A DNA stretch of 64,000 nt from Tubiluchus corallicola (GCA_030141605.1 JAQGDQ010000710.1:44899-108898), one strand, 5' to 3'; positions 18,562 to 31,920 are shown, counted from the stretch's first letter. Notes: generated by a model from the letters alone, not told the origin. Numbers and translations are program-made.

Positions 18562-21500
18562 CTAGACATCTTGGCGCATGCATGACAACGATGCAGCATG
18601 TTCATACAACTTTTCTTCGTTTTCAAATAGAGAGCCACACAGCATGCACTCGTAGTCTTGTGAAATGCTATTGCTAGTCGAAGTCTGCTCACGTTCCTGG
18701 CTATTCATCAGTGCACTTGAAAAAATGACATTCTGTTCTATGGAAGCTTGAGGAAGGGTGCTGGGTTGCATCACTTTTGAAGAAGATGCACCAACACTGT
18801 ACATACACTTGCCACTGCCATGCACCTGTTGCGTCGGTACTGACGAACTACTGCAACTCTCAACTGGCACTGATTGAGGAAGTGTTTGAATACATTGTGG
18901 TCCAGGAGTTTGATAATTTTGCGGTGCATGCGTCCGAATACCTTGTAGAGGAAAAGCAGAATCACCTTGAGAATGTTGACTTACCATGTTGCTGTTTTGC
19001 ATTAAATGATACTGATTTGAAGCTACAATGTTAGTAACCGGTCGCTGATCGCTGTTAGAAAATATACAGGGAGCAGCTGCTTGTTCACGCTTAACAGGAG
19101 TAACAGCTCTCATCATTTGAACAGGCTGTCGATTTTGAACTATAACCGATCTTGTTTGATCTGGTGGATATTGAGCTCTTAGCTGTCGGATAGGTAACTG
19201 AGGAGTAATACCTCGAGGAACTGGAGGATGAAAAAAATTCATATGAGATGATGTCACCTCATGTTGATTAACTGCAGCGCCACCTCTCATACACTGACTG
19301 AATGTTGTCCTTTCCTGTTTGACAGATTGCTGTGCTTGTCTTATTGGTGAACTTGATATAGCAACTGGTAAGTGACAAGGTAGCATCAATGACGGCTGAA
19401 CAGGCATTGGCGATCGCATATCAATGACTGCTCCCCTACCCCTTCCTCTTCCTCTTCCTCGAGGCCTTGGGACAGGATTGCGCTGTTGTACAAGACGAGG
19501 TCTACCCCGACCGGAGGTAGTATGCTGTGCAGCTAATCGCGGTCTTCCGCGTGTAGAAGGTTGAACATAACTGCTTAGTGGAGGTCTACCACGCTGTCGC
19601 ATGCCAACAGCCTCAAATGGTAATCGACTTGGCGTTGGAGACTGCTGTGTGCTGGTTACTCTTATATGTCCCGGCATAAATCCTGGTGGTCCTACATTCC
19701 TTTGTTCTAAATTAGAGTGCATTCGCATTCTTACAGAATTTACTGGTAGTGTTGGTGTTGCAGTGATATGACTCTGAAATGCAGGTGGTAAGCCTGGCAG
19801 TGCTAAAGATGGTTGAAGACTTGATCTCATTACTTGTGTATCACCACTAGGACCAATAAATCTAGCTTGCTGGGCAGGTTCAAAGGGATATTTATTGGAA
19901 ACTTCAGGGTTCTGCATGGAAGCTCCCATCCATGTCGGTTGAACTGCAGATGCTTGATTGCGAAGTGGAGATGACAATGCTTGGGGTGATTGCCAGTTTG
20001 GCATTCCACTTGGCCTTAGGTTTTGTGAAAAAGGACTAGAGTATATATTCCCATTTGATACCTGCATGTTATTTTCTGAATAGTTAGGACGCTGTATTGA
20101 TGAAACAATATTATCATATCCTTTTGAAGCAACAGAAAGTGTGTGTCTTGGGACAAATCCTGGTGCACTTGTACAAGTACTAGAATTCAATCGGTTTTGC
20201 GTTCTATCATTAAGGGTCTTCGGTTGCACTGCTGAATGAACTGCTTCATTTGGCACATTCTGTGTTTTAGCTGACACTATATCACAAGTTGTCGATGGCT
20301 GAGAACTCTGCAAACGTCCATTTATATTGACCCTACATTGAGGCCACTGAGATGTGGCACCCCGGGGCAATGTAGAACTAGTTCCAGCTAGGATATTCTT
20401 AAATCGAATATGATCGGGATGATTAGGAGGAAGGCGGCGAATGTTCTCCAGAATGTGGCTCGGTATTTGAGGAGTAAACGTAGGATGAGCTGGCCTTGTT
20501 ACAGTAATGGCAGGATGCACTATTCGTGTCGGCAGCTGGGTACAGTTGAAATTCTGATTGACAATAGTTGTTGGTGGAGGAACAGAAGATGTATTCAATG
20601 CGCTGGTCGTTGCTAACTTTATTTCTACACCTAAACCAGTAACGGAATTTAAATTATCATTGGTGGCTCTTGACACAGTGGTTGCTCTTTGCACGGTGTG
20701 TGTTGCAGTGGGAGATTTTGCTTTACTGAATGAATTTGCAGATAGTGTGGTACTTTCTTCGCTACCAGGTGCAGCATCAGAAAGATCGCTCTGTCTCTGA
20801 AATGGCAAAAGGTTCATCGTTAGTACAGCATCCGTAGTTGGTGAAAGAGGGCCATTCAACATATCTATCATGGATTGTGGTTGTTCCAATAGGTCATGCT
20901 CTTGCACAGAAATGCCACTAATTTCACTGGCAGAAGATATATTTGTTATAGGAAGCCCTGTTTTTAGATCATTAGATTCACTGAAGGAAGCATTTTCAAC
21001 GACCTTTATTGGAAAAGATTGCAACTGTTCTGCAAAACATGTTGGAGATTCAGCGACATCAACTCCTGAGTTTGGTCCAGTATTCGATGGCAACTTCATT
21101 TCTTGAGAAGATACATTTGATGCAATGGGAAGATCACAATTCTTTCTCACTTGTGCAACATCATCCTTACTACATTCCATGTCTGAATCACAGTCATTAA
21201 ATGGAAGGGTATTCTCACTGTCATTTCCATCCGATGGATCATAATTATTATTAGTATCTGCGCTGTTAATTAAGTTGTCATAAAATTCATCCTCCGACTG
21301 CTCATCAGATGTGGGAAAATCACTTTGCCACACTTCTTCTTTCATTTCAAAATTATCGAACTCTACATCACTATCATGCTGAGATTCCATATGTACAGCC
21401 TTAAGTCCAAGTGCCCTCAGTTTTGCCACAGGAAAGTTGTCAGCTCTTACTAACCTGACTGTGGGTAGTGACACTTTGAACTTTCGACGTAACTTATCAT

Positions 21501-22347
21501 CTTTTTGTTGGTGAGTCTTTCGACGAGTACGGTAAGACTTTTTCTTAATGGTATTGCTACCTGGAAAAAACTCTTCATCGCTCACTTCTGATAATTCGGA
21601 ACTGGAACTTTTTAGCAATTTTGATGATCGTGTGCGTCGAGTGCATTTCGGTTGGGCAAGATCAGATTCATGACTACTGCCGCTCAGTTTCCGAGTTCTT
21701 TTGTTTTTAGTATATTTACAAGGATTTTGTTTTTTGGGATCAAAACTATCGCTACTCGATTCAGATGTAGGGCTGTACATTGGACTATAAGGCTGGGAGC
21801 GAGATGGACTATTTGGATTAGAAGGAATGTGCTTCCAGATAATGAATACATTTCCATTTCTATCAGTCACAATTTCAGGTTTCATAGTTCCACTGCTTTG
21901 TAATTCATTCCAAATTTCCAATGATAGATTTTCAATAGGTATGATACATGATCTGCATGACTCATCTGTAGATAGTTGTAAATTTGAAATGGGACAGGAC
22001 TTAATATCTGTGCTGCCATCACTTTCAAGTCTTTCAGCTTTCTCAATTACATCTATGATTCGTCGAAGAACATTGATACTAGCAATGAGGCGATCTAGAT
22101 CACATTCCTCATGAGCTGGTTTCAGAGTAAGATTTTTAGTGATTCTGGTGCGTGTACAGACATTATCTTCCTGGCTGTTAACAACGTTGCTGATTATTGT
22201 ATCTATACCATAAATAACAGCTTCATTTCTCATCAATTCAGTTTCACCATCTGCAATTTGAGCTTTCTTTCGTGCACTACGTATTTTCAAAGCTCTAGAC
22301 ACGGACTGGATTGACCCAACACTATCTGTATTTTTGGAATCAGTCAT
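18562..22347 (-). CDS. Intronless 1261-aa low-complexity nuclear protein with AT-hook-like GRP motifs and a C-terminal C2HC zinc finger
   Basis: 3786-bp uninterrupted ORF in AT-rich DNA; RGRPP/RGRPRL/GRGRPRL motifs; C-x2-C-x12-H-x5-C (CMLCGSLFENEEKLYEHAASLSC) at the C-terminus; splice acceptor near 22409 implies a 5'UTR intron. Confidence 0.85.
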   Translation of the reverse strand: MTDSKNTDSVGSIQSVSRALKIRSARKKAQIADGETELMRNEAVIYGIDTIISNVVNSQEDNVCTRTRITKNLTLKPAHEECDLDRLIASINVLRRIIDVIEKAERLESDGSTDIKSCPISNLQLSTDESCRSCIIPIENLSLEIWNELQSSGTMKPEIVTDRNGNVFIIWKHIPSNPNSPSRSQPYSPMYSPTSESSSDSFDPKKQNPCKYTKNKRTRKLSGSSHESDLAQPKCTRRTRSSKLLKSSSSELSEVSDEEFFPGSNTIKKKSYRTRRKTHQQKDDKLRRKFKVSLPTVRLVRADNFPVAKLRALGLKAVHMESQHDSDVEFDNFEMKEEVWQSDFPTSDEQSEDEFYDNLINSADTNNNYDPSDGNDSENTLPFNDCDSDMECSKDDVAQVRKNCDLPIASNVSSQEMKLPSNTGPNSGVDVAESPTCFAEQLQSFPIKVVENASFSESNDLKTGLPITNISSASEISGISVQEHDLLEQPQSMIDMLNGPLSPTTDAVLTMNLLPFQRQSDLSDAAPGSEESTTLSANSFSKAKSPTATHTVQRATTVSRATNDNLNSVTGLGVEIKLATTSALNTSSVPPPTTIVNQNFNCTQLPTRIVHPAITVTRPAHPTFTPQIPSHILENIRRLPPNHPDHIRFKNILAGTSSTLPRGATSQWPQCRVNINGRLQSSQPSTTCDIVSAKTQNVPNEAVHSAVQPKTLNDRTQNRLNSSTCTSAPGFVPRHTLSVASKGYDNIVSSIQRPNYSENNMQVSNGNIYSSPFSQNLRPSGMPNWQSPQALSSPLRNQASAVQPTWMGASMQNPEVSNKYPFEPAQQARFIGPSGDTQVMRSSLQPSLALPGLPPAFQSHITATPTLPVNSVRMRMHSNLEQRNVGPPGFMPGHIRVTSTQQSPTPSRLPFEAVGMRQRGRPPLSSYVQPSTRGRPRLAAQHTTSGRGRPRLVQQRNPVPRPRGRGRGRGRGAVIDMRSPMPVQPSLMLPCHLPVAISSSPIRQAQQSVKQERTTFSQCMRGGAAVNQHEVTSSHMNFFHPPVPRGITPQLPIRQLRAQYPPDQTRSVIVQNRQPVQMMRAVTPVKREQAAAPCIFSNSDQRPVTNIVASNQYHLMQNSNMVSQHSQGDSAFPLQGIRTHAPQNYQTPGPQCIQTLPQSVPVESCSSSSVPTQQVHGSGKCMYSVGASSSKVMQPSTLPQASIEQNVIFSSALMNSQEREQTSTSNSISQDYECMLCGSLFENEEKLYEHAASLSCMRQDV

Positions 22348-22589
22348 GGCTGCATTACATATAAAGCATTGATTGTTCTACGTTGTTTAGAGCAATTACC
22401 CATTTGATCTGAAATTGAGAAAACAATCTTTACATTAAAAAGGTGTGTGGCATATCTAAAAATCATTTCTTTGAAACAAGTGTTTTATGTATTAGTATAC
22501 CAAACTTTATTTATAATCCCTGTATATGCATAATTACAAAACCTGACCAAATGTTAAACCGTAGCTTAAAATGATCTAACGTTTAAAAT

Positions 22590-23093
22590 ATTGAAAGGTG
22601 AAAGGTGACTTTCGTGAAAAATTATTACCATGAATGTTTAATGTCACATTCATGCTGTTAGGAGTGTTTTACCTAGTTAAATGGACAACAGCATCTGTAA
22701 CACAGAAACACATTGTAAATAAAAACGTGCAGTACCTGTCAGTTCAGTTTTGACATGGCACACACTTGTGGTAAAACAGTATGATGGCACAGCAGCAAAG
22801 TTGGAATTTAAATTTTAAACTTCAAATTTGTGGTGCTGGTGTAAATCATAGTTCGTGCTGTACAGTAGCACTGTATTTCAATTTTCTCTTTGCAAACATG
22901 TGCAATACACCCTTGGAATATTTGTGGCATTTCAAAATTATGTTCAGTTCGGTTAATTCAGTTGTCAACCATTAATTGATTTTTTTACCTATCATTTAAC
23001 TATAAGTAATACTTTGGCATTTTTTAGGCATTAAAATTTTTAACAAACCTCAAAATTGAGTAGGAAATAAAAAATCTTTCTGTTTCCTCTAAA
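22590..23093 (+). mobile_element. Degenerate copy of the Kolobok-like MITE found at 31972-32527
   Basis: Shares blocks such as GACTTTCGTGAAA, TACAGTAGCACTGTAyTTCAATTTT...GCAAACA and TGGAATATTT, and a CCT(c/t)TAAA-like end, with 31972-32527. Confidence 0.6.
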
Positions 23094-24880
23094 CATATGA
23101 ATGTGGCTTCGGTAGTAGCCAACTTTTGCCATTTCTTGGTCATTTCTTCACTACATTTTGGACACTTTTGTCAAATGAATTGTTTTAATCTTTCATAGTC
23201 TTATTAAGAAGATCATATTTTTAATATGTGATATCCTATGGTAACAACAATAACTAAAAACAGCAAAATACTAGGTTTTTGATCTATCTTCGAAAAGAAT
23301 TTACTAACAAATTTCCCTACTATACACTCATTCATAATTGCTGTGCTAAATTAAAATATATAGCCTAATGTAACGTGAATCTTTTCACTGAGGACATCCA
23401 GAGGATTACCTTATTGAGAATATAAAAATATTTGGCTCTATTCGAATAAGTATTTGCCTGTATGGTAAGCAAAAATGATAAGCATGATTATGACTGTGCA
23501 GTGCACACACATACAGCAACCCTAGCAAATATGGTAGGATGAAGGAAACAGAGCCAAATCTTAAATCATCAATTTTGGATTATCCACCTCTCTTAAACAA
23601 AGATTATGTTTCAAGATGTGAAAATCACATATCACTTTTAAACTAATAATCATTTTTAAGATGTGCATAGCTTGTTTTCAGAAGAGCATCAACATTTTTG
23701 CCTGAGGAACTTTCGAAAAAACACACCTGACAGCAATTTTCTAACACCTCATAATTGCAAATTCATTTTAACCTATTTCTATAAAGTAGCTAAAATTGCT
23801 TTACAAAGTGCAGTAAGTTGTATTTATAAGCTGTTGGATAGCCGACTGCTATAGGTTGAATTTGTTGTTTCACTTTCATCTAAAGAGAATACAGCTCATA
23901 GATAATGATGTTGCAGTACTGATTAATCTGCATGCATCTGTTTTACAGCACGCTTGTAGCAGATTTTTGGAACTTATCAAAAAAGAAGACAATCTAGTGC
24001 ATCTGGGCAACTACATTTGATAGCTAGAAATTGCCTTTAGAAGCAGTCTACTAGTGCATGAAAAAGTATAAATTGAGAACAAATTCTGCAGTATGAACTA
24101 GCACACTAAAAAGTGAATTTAAATTTGTTCCAAGGATGAAAGAAGTAAATTCATCTGTATCAATGCTGGTGTTCAGCACGTGCGGTAACATAATAAAATT
24201 CAAGGGTAAACACAGCGGAATATCTGTATGCTGTCATTCATTTTAAAGTGCAACTTGGTGGAAGGTTTGCAATGCCTGGCTGAATGAATGATTGGATACG
24301 TGCGCGTCTTATTAAGTGTAGAAAGCGACGAAAAATCACAAACTTTTGCCTCACTTCAAGTATTAGTCAATACAATGAGACTAGCACAGCTTTTGTTGGA
24401 TTGATGATCAATTCCATAGAGCTTTCTATACATCAAACAATGCACATTAAAATGTTCAACATAAAACAAAATGCAAGTTTGAAAAACTTCAAATGATTAA
24501 TATAAATGCAATTTGATAAACCATAGCTCTTAATACAATTTTCTTGTCCTCTTAAGTGCACTTCCATTTATTTTTCTACTTTTGCGCACTTATGGCTCCA
24601 TTTGCATTTTTAAAATTCTATTTCTAAATCTAAGCTCAAATAGTGATTTTGATACACTAATGGGGCTCTGGTCCCATTACTGTCTCTTCTACTGTCATAA
24701 ATTTGTAACAAAGCCAGAAGCACTTATACTCTCTAGCTCAATGCTTAGGTTTTACATTCAATTCTAATTAAAAACCACTAACTTTACCACCACAGACCAT
24801 CTACAATCTACAAACTTTACATAATTAGGTTAACAAATCCAAAGGCTTTTTTTGTCATAATGCACGACTTGCACGTTCTT

Positions 24881-25022
24881 TCTAACAAAAGTTATCCTAA
24901 ACAATCTGCAAACGTTTTTAATTCCTGAGTGGGGATCAGTGTTGCTACATTCTCTCTAACAAAAGTTATCCTAAACAATCTACAAAAGCTTTCAATTCCT
25001 GATTAGGTATCAGTGTTGCTAT
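24881..25022. repeat. 74-bp tandem duplication downstream of the MCT stop codon
   Basis: TCTAACAAAAGTTATCCTAAACAATCT...ATCAGTGTTGCTA at 24881 and 24955. Confidence 0.85.
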
Positions 25023-25176
25023 AGAATAATATAAAAAAACTCACAAGTTCATCAGTATTGTAATACATAATGTATAAATGCAAAATCTTAAAAAATTTGA
25101 CAAATGCAACATCTCTTAAAACTACAATTTAATAAATCCATCTATTCCTTTGATAGCATTTATTACAGATAAAATT

Positions 25177-27325
25177 TTAAAGCTTCGTAACCATGTAGAG
25201 ATGGCTTTCAGTCTGCATACTGTGCTGCTCATCTATTTCTGTTAGCTCTTCACTTGGCATACTGTCTGCGGGTGTTACCGGCTCATACCAGAGCTTTGTA
25301 AGTATGGGCAAAGCTACAGCAATGAGTCCGGACAAAACAAGAAAAAGCCCCATTGTTGTAAATACAGCACCTGTGTTCCCTGAGTTGTCGTAAATGTGAC
25401 CTGCAAATGAACGATTTGATTTCACAATTTTGTATAAATTCTTCATTTGTAGACAGTTTATTTTTCAACAGCACAAAGAACATTTCAATGCTTCACAATG
25501 GAGAATAGACTTTATAGTTTTTTACATTAAAGAAGTTTTATTATAACGTTATTCCCGCTTATACATCTCAAAATAGAATAATTTCAGTACAATATAAAAA
25601 TTCTCCAGCTTCATCAAGTTTAAAACGAAACCAAGGTAAGTCACCTCACATACCTATTAAAAGTGGTCCAAGAAATAGACCTGGTGTCTCCAGCAAAAGA
25701 TCCGCTGATAAAAAGTCAGTGTATTTCTTCTCTCCAACCATATTTTTTATCATAATGAAAGTAGGAGAAAGCATTGCTCCAAACAATAAGCCGGTAAGAC
25801 TGACCCAAAAATAAAGCACAGTGTAACTATGAATTGCAGAAAAAGTTATCACCGCACACCCTGCTATTACTGAAAACAAAGTATATCCAATCATTCGTGG
25901 ATATATCTGCTGGAATCTGCCATAATCCCACAACAGACCAAATATAATTTGTCCAAATGAATCTACCAAACTAAATATGGAGACCATGGTGGCTTCATTG
26001 ACGCCTGTTGGCATTAATTCTAGAGATTTAAATGGCAAATAAACAGTTGCACTCATATAGCTCACGTCTAGAAAACTCATGCACACAGTAAATATCCAAA
26101 ATCGCACGTCTTTGAAAATATCCCAATGAAAGTGGATTTTTTCTTGATTTGAACGCGATGATCTACCTGTTTCTGTTAGCATATCATTCTGCACAGTTTT
26201 CAATAAATCTAAATTAGATCTCTCCAAAACAGCCATGTTTACATATCCAGAATGCTCTTCCTTCTTGAGGAAAGACATACTTCTGGTCCTGGACACTTTA
26301 TCTGTTTTTGTTAGTGGCATGAATGTGAGAGCACATGGTATGGAATGTAAGACAATAGCACCAGTTATGAGAAAGGCACCACGATACGTATATTCACGCA
26401 CCAGAACATTAATAACCTGTGAACTAACAACTGTCGAAATGCCAACGCCTGCCATTGTTATGCCCATTGCAAACGAGTGACGCTTTCGAAAATAGACATT
26501 TATCACACCAAATGAACACATGGAGATCAGTGATGATGCAGCTCCTAAAAAAATTATATTACAGAGTCAGATTATAGCTGTAAAATTAATGCGTACTGGT
26601 TCAGTAAAAACACTGGGTTAACAAACCAAAGCATAATGTAAAAACAGAGAATTCATAAAAAAAGACTATTAAGACTAAAAAAATAAGGCCGATTGTTAAA
26701 AATGCTTTTATTCTGGCACCCATTATCCGCTAGGGTTCTGACTTCTAAATAGCTGAATAGTGACATACCATACAAAATACTGTAACTGAAGTATATCAAT
26801 GGCAATGTTCGTGCAAAATATCCACATGCAAATCCTGTTCCACCCAAAATGCCTCCTACCAGGCAAACCCAGCGTATTCCAAACTTCCTCATCATTACTG
26901 TAACGGCAGGTCCTGAAACATGCAAAAAAACTTGTATGACCAACTGGCATGCATATTACAGTCATTAATCATTCAATGTGTATAGCACAATGATGACCAC
27001 ACAACTGTTCATACTTTTGTGCAAAAAAATAACAAACACTCATTGACATTCAAGATAAATATTAAAATAAAATCACATAATACAGTAGCAACCTGAGGAT
27101 AATAAAATGCTTACCTAAAACAGAACCCATTGCAGAACACAAACCACCAGCGCCACCTGTAAGTTTTGCATCTGTTCCTAATGAATCCATGATGTCAATC
27201 ATGAATATTCCATAACTTTTGTGTAACCCCCACGTAAGTCCAACGTTGACGCTGGCTGCGATGGCGACAACCCACCCCCATCCACCATCTGGTGGTTCAT
27301 ATCTTGTGTGCTGCTCGTTATTCAT
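25177..27325 (-). CDS. SLC16-family monocarboxylate transporter (MFS), ~489 aa
   Basis: Exons 27325-27115, 26912-26769, 26544-25654, 25400-25177 (phase-1 introns). N-terminal PPDGGWGWVV, YFRKRHSFAMGITMAGVG, RGAFLITGAIVLH and GPLLIGHIYD are SLC16 signatures. Confidence 0.93.
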
Positions 27326-27764
27326 ATTGGCACGATCATATTTTCTGCTATCACTTTTCTATTTTGCATCACACACTGCTGATGTCATACATTTCAATAC
27401 ATAGCACTTGTATCGTCTACATACATTCGGTTTAGCTGTTTATCAACTCCACCATCATTGTTTCTTACATTAATAAGAAAACACGAAACTTAACAAAACT
27501 TGAAATAACAGTATCTTGCAGAGGCCTAACTTACGTACAGCAAATATTTGTGCAGAATATAAGTGTAAAGACATGCGGTTAAAGTGCAGTATATTTATAT
27601 ATGTTACAAATATTATCCAGAGTTATTTGCATTGTCATAGTCTGAACGATCATCAGAACTGTGTCTACAAGGAATGCAACATAGAAAGCTATATTATATT
27701 TCTCCCAATATCATGATTTTGATTAACTCTAATTGCTGGCATTTAAAAAAACTTAAAAGGTACC

Positions 27765-27905
27765 AGTAATGATGGCAGACACGCACAGTTCATTAACTTT
27801 TTGAAAACAATCATCAAAAACAGGAAATGTGAAAATTTGGAACACGGCCTGGATTTGCACCAGTGACCTTCAGCATACAAGGCAGATCCCATAACAGCTA
27901 GACTT
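27765..27905 (-). mobile_element. tRNA-derived SINE-like repeat (degenerate)
   Basis: Plus strand CCTGGATTTGCACCAGTGACCTTC is a reverse B-box region similar to 17870-17890; shared tail sequence. Confidence 0.45.
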
Positions 27906-29549
27906 CTGTGTTCTGCAATGATCGTGATGGTCCAAAAAGTTCATCCTTTATAGACGACTAGCCAGTTCAATATATATGTCAATGATACATGACTGTTCAT
28001 GATACACAGATTTCAACAAATTAAATTAATTTTGATGAATTAGAGTCTGGAAATCTGGTGGTGGGCAACCCCAATCCCAAGAAAATTCCAAAGACAAATA
28101 CAACTTATTGAGTCTCAAATTTTCACACACTAACATAAGAGCATTTATATGATCAAGGGACATTTATTTGAGAAAACTTATTACAGTACAGCTAAACATT
28201 ACTCGTTAGTGATAGTTATTTAATACTGTTAACTAAACTATAATTACGATGTTGAAAAGATCAAGTCAAGCAAAATTACTCACAAACCTTGTGGCACCTT
28301 AGGCACTAACAATGGCATTGATACCACAATAAATTTGTATTTGAATAAATTTTTTTCCTGATTTAACGTAGTAATTGATTATTTTGTCCCAAATCTAGAT
28401 ATTTAGATCTTGGACAAATTTAGGTAAAAAAAACAGAGGAACTACAAATGCAAATGCAGACGTGAAAATAAGTACTGATGTATGATGTGTGTGCTTAATT
28501 CAAAAAATATATCTGGAAACAAAAATAAGTGCAATTTGATGTAGAAAAATTGAAGCCAGACAAAAACTACAGGACTGCTTAACATAAAAACTACTCAAAT
28601 AAACTGTTATTGTTTGGGAATTGCAGTTTAACCAAAAACATAATCGTTGATGTTTGAAAAATACTCAAAGGATTTCCATGAAATGTTGTGAAGGGGTGAA
28701 AACAAAGAAGAATCTATTAAATTTTGATGTGAACTGCATCATCAAAAGAGCCAGGCAAACATGTTTAGGACTGCACAGCATTGACAGAGTTATACACTCT
28801 ACTTAAAGCTATTCAAGTTATGTATAACATACTCTATGGTCAACTTATTTGATGAAGCCCCATACTCATTTATTTCTAATATAAAAACTCACATGAAACT
28901 CGAATTAGTAAAAATAGTAAAAATTAGTAAAAATAAGTTACAAACTAAGTAGTAGCAAATTCTTTATTTTGCCTTTTTAAAACATTGACCATCACAATAC
29001 AGGAATTAAAACCATATAATCAGTGTTAGTTCATAATAAAAACGTGTACTGTTCCAAGCAAATGTGTCAGTTGTTAACTCGAATCGAATCTTCGACGGAC
29101 AACTTTACTACGAACCATACTTCATAGTTAAAAGTACTAAAACAACAATTTTATTAAATACAAACATTCAAGGGTGTACCTTTGTTCAACAAATGTGTAG
29201 GTTGTGGTTTCCATGTATGAACATGCATATCAAATTGCTAATCATTGCTAAGCCTACACACTACAATATACGTAAATTGACATTTGCGAAAAATTTGATG
29301 GGGAAAATAAATAGGCTTTTAGCTAAACTATCCAAAAAAGTTTGCATATAGTTTCATTTCATATAAATAGATAAAATCTTTTTTAACCATCATTAAAATA
29401 ATTTATATGTGCACAGGATACAATAAATGTGATCGTATGTTATGTCCACGTCCATAAAATTTTGTATATTGCACTGCAATATTTATACATCCTTTTCTAA
29501 GTGATTTTCAAAAATGCAAATAAATTATTAGTAAAACTGACATGTATCT

Positions 29550-30512
29550 TGGAGAATGGTGTATTGATGTTATCTATATGGATTATGCCAAGGCCTTTGA
29601 CAAGGTTGCCCATTAAAGGTTGTTAAAGAAGTTAGGTGGATACGGTTTTCATGACTCTTTATTACAGTGGATTCGAAATTTTTTATCCGGTAGGTGGCAA
29701 AGACTTGCTGTCAATGGTGTTGAATCAAGTTGGGCAAATGCAACTTCGGGAATCCCACAAGGTAGTGTATTAGGTCCTGTTCTCTTCATCCTGTTCATAA
29801 ATGATCTATCAGATGAATTGCACTCAACATGAAGATATTAATACGAAGTTATTTGCAGATGTGTCCAACGAGGAAAATATGCGGGAGCTTCATCTTGATT
29901 TGCAAGGTATGGAAACCTGGACAAATCAATGGCAACTAACCTTCAATGCTGAGAAATGCAAAGTGATACATATTGACAGAAACAACCTGCTGTTGAATAT
30001 AAGATGAACCAACATGGGGTAGATCCTTATTAGAATATGGGCATGTTGTAACTTACCTTCGCTATGTCAAGGATTATAAATTCCTTGAAGCTGTTCAAAG
30101 GAGAGCCACAAAAATGATTTCTGGGCAAAAAGGAACTGGACTACCATCTTTACATTATAGAAGAGCAAGAGGTGATATGATAGAATGCTACAATCTTATT
30201 CAGGGTGTGTGCAACATTCCAATTCCCGATGAAATTGATGGCATAAGACATCTGTTAGGCAACATTAATTCTCGTTGACGATTGTTAATCTGTGGAAAAC
30301 CTCTGGCAAATCATGTTGTCACTGCCCCATCACTTAATACTTTCAAGGTCAGGTTGGATCAATATTGGAGATTTTGGTATCGAAATGGGCCTATATCCTT
30401 CCACCAGGTGAGCACAGAATGTTATGATTTTGCAACTAATAGAGATGTCGAGAACGTTGCACAGATCTAAGACCTTAGTTAATGCATCATTAAAGTAAAG
30501 TAAGTAAAGTAA
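29550..30512 (+). mobile_element. Degenerate CR1-clade LINE, RT region to 3' end
   Basis: IDVIYMDYAKAFDKV, LLQWIRNFLSGRWQR, SGIPQGSVLGPVLFILFINDL, KLFAD, WQLTFNAEKCKV with stops/frameshifts/deletions; short (TAAAG)n-like tail at 30490-30512. Confidence 0.9.
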
Positions 30513-31429
30513 AACATGGTAGAATTTTTATGTTCACTTGTAGATAGTTTATTAAGAAAAATAAATTGCAATATAATTCTATTAAGAACTTACTATTTAT
30601 ACCATAGCAGCAGTGTAGCCAAGGTGCATTAATATTCATCATACAGTAAATGTGAACGATTTGGTGAGAGGATGGTGAGTGGTGGTGCTAAAATTACATG
30701 TTTATATTTTATTTCTTTTTAATCAGTTAGAGGTGAATTACTATTTTGAATAGAAATTAAACTTTAAATAAGTTACGTTTATGTGAAAAAAGTGTGGAAC
30801 TCATCAAAATCTGGTTATAAAAACTGGTAAATTCACACTGACATAGTCACATAACAAAAAATAAAAAAACGAATAAAATTAAATCCCTACATACTCATAA
30901 TATAAAATGCCAACAAACAGAAAAAACATTTTCAAATGAATATTTACACACATTATGCCACCATGTTTTCTGTGGTCGTTTTTCAGCGATTATTTTTCTA
31001 ATGAGATACATTCAGCTACTGAATTAGTTGTGCCGATTCACACTTGTCTAAAACTGTGCAGAGCATCAAAATAATATTTACCTAGATGGATGCCAAATGT
31101 GTTTTCTGTCATCACACCTCACAAGTCTGGACCTATTTACCCAGGCAACCAAGTACTAGCAGCCTAATTTGCAAAAAAATTATGCCTTTTAGGAAAGCAA
31201 ATTTAATTAACCTAGCATATATTCATAATAGGTTAGGTGCTCGCACACTTTACTGCCAAAATTTTAATTTCTTGAAAATACTTTTGGAAACTTCGTTCGA
31301 TGCATTAAAAATTATAATCATGATAGTTTTCCTCAAGTTAACGCACTGGGCGAAAAAATGTTAAAGTCGAACTCACTTCCAGTTTTTTTCTCATCTTCTT
31401 TTGGAGCTCCTATTTACTGCGTACGTAAT

Positions 31430-31920
31430 ACAGTGTGGTGGCGATACTTCTTGGAAGAATTGTAAATATCTTGGTAGCTTACTAGGCGCTGAAGCTGACA
31501 TAGCACACAGAAGACTATTAGCCTTGGCTGCATATTCTAAGCATACAAATATCTTCGAAAAACCGAATCTCACCACAGAAACTAAACTACGTAATTTTTA
31601 TCATCACTTGCAGAGTCTGTATTCCTATATAATCGTGAATTGTGGACTGTAAAAGTTGTTGAGAAGAATGAAATCAATGCCTTCCAAAGACGTCTGTGTA
31701 GAAAGACGTTGGGCATAAAATGGCTAAAGAAGATTTCATATCAAGATCTATAAGAAGAAGTGATAGAGTGAGGTTTTACATCAGCGTTAACTTAGATGGA
31801 TTGAACATGTCATTAGACTACCAAATGACTCTCCACTTACTACAGCGTTACAGCAAGCACTAATACGTGGGAAGAAGCAAAGAAATGGACAGCTGATCAC
31901 ATATCTGGATGTTCTGAGCA
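31430..31920 (+). mobile_element. Degenerate RTE-like LINE fragment (post-RT region)
   Basis: KYLGSLLG...TKLR, SVFLYNxELWT, INAFQRRLCRK.LGIKW, LRWI.HV.RLP with frameshifts. Confidence 0.75.

Noticed and set aside
20410-22314. Several + strand ORFs over the 1261-aa gene, and 26235-26480 over the MCT
   Set aside because: Antisense shadows of real CDS with no independent coding signal.
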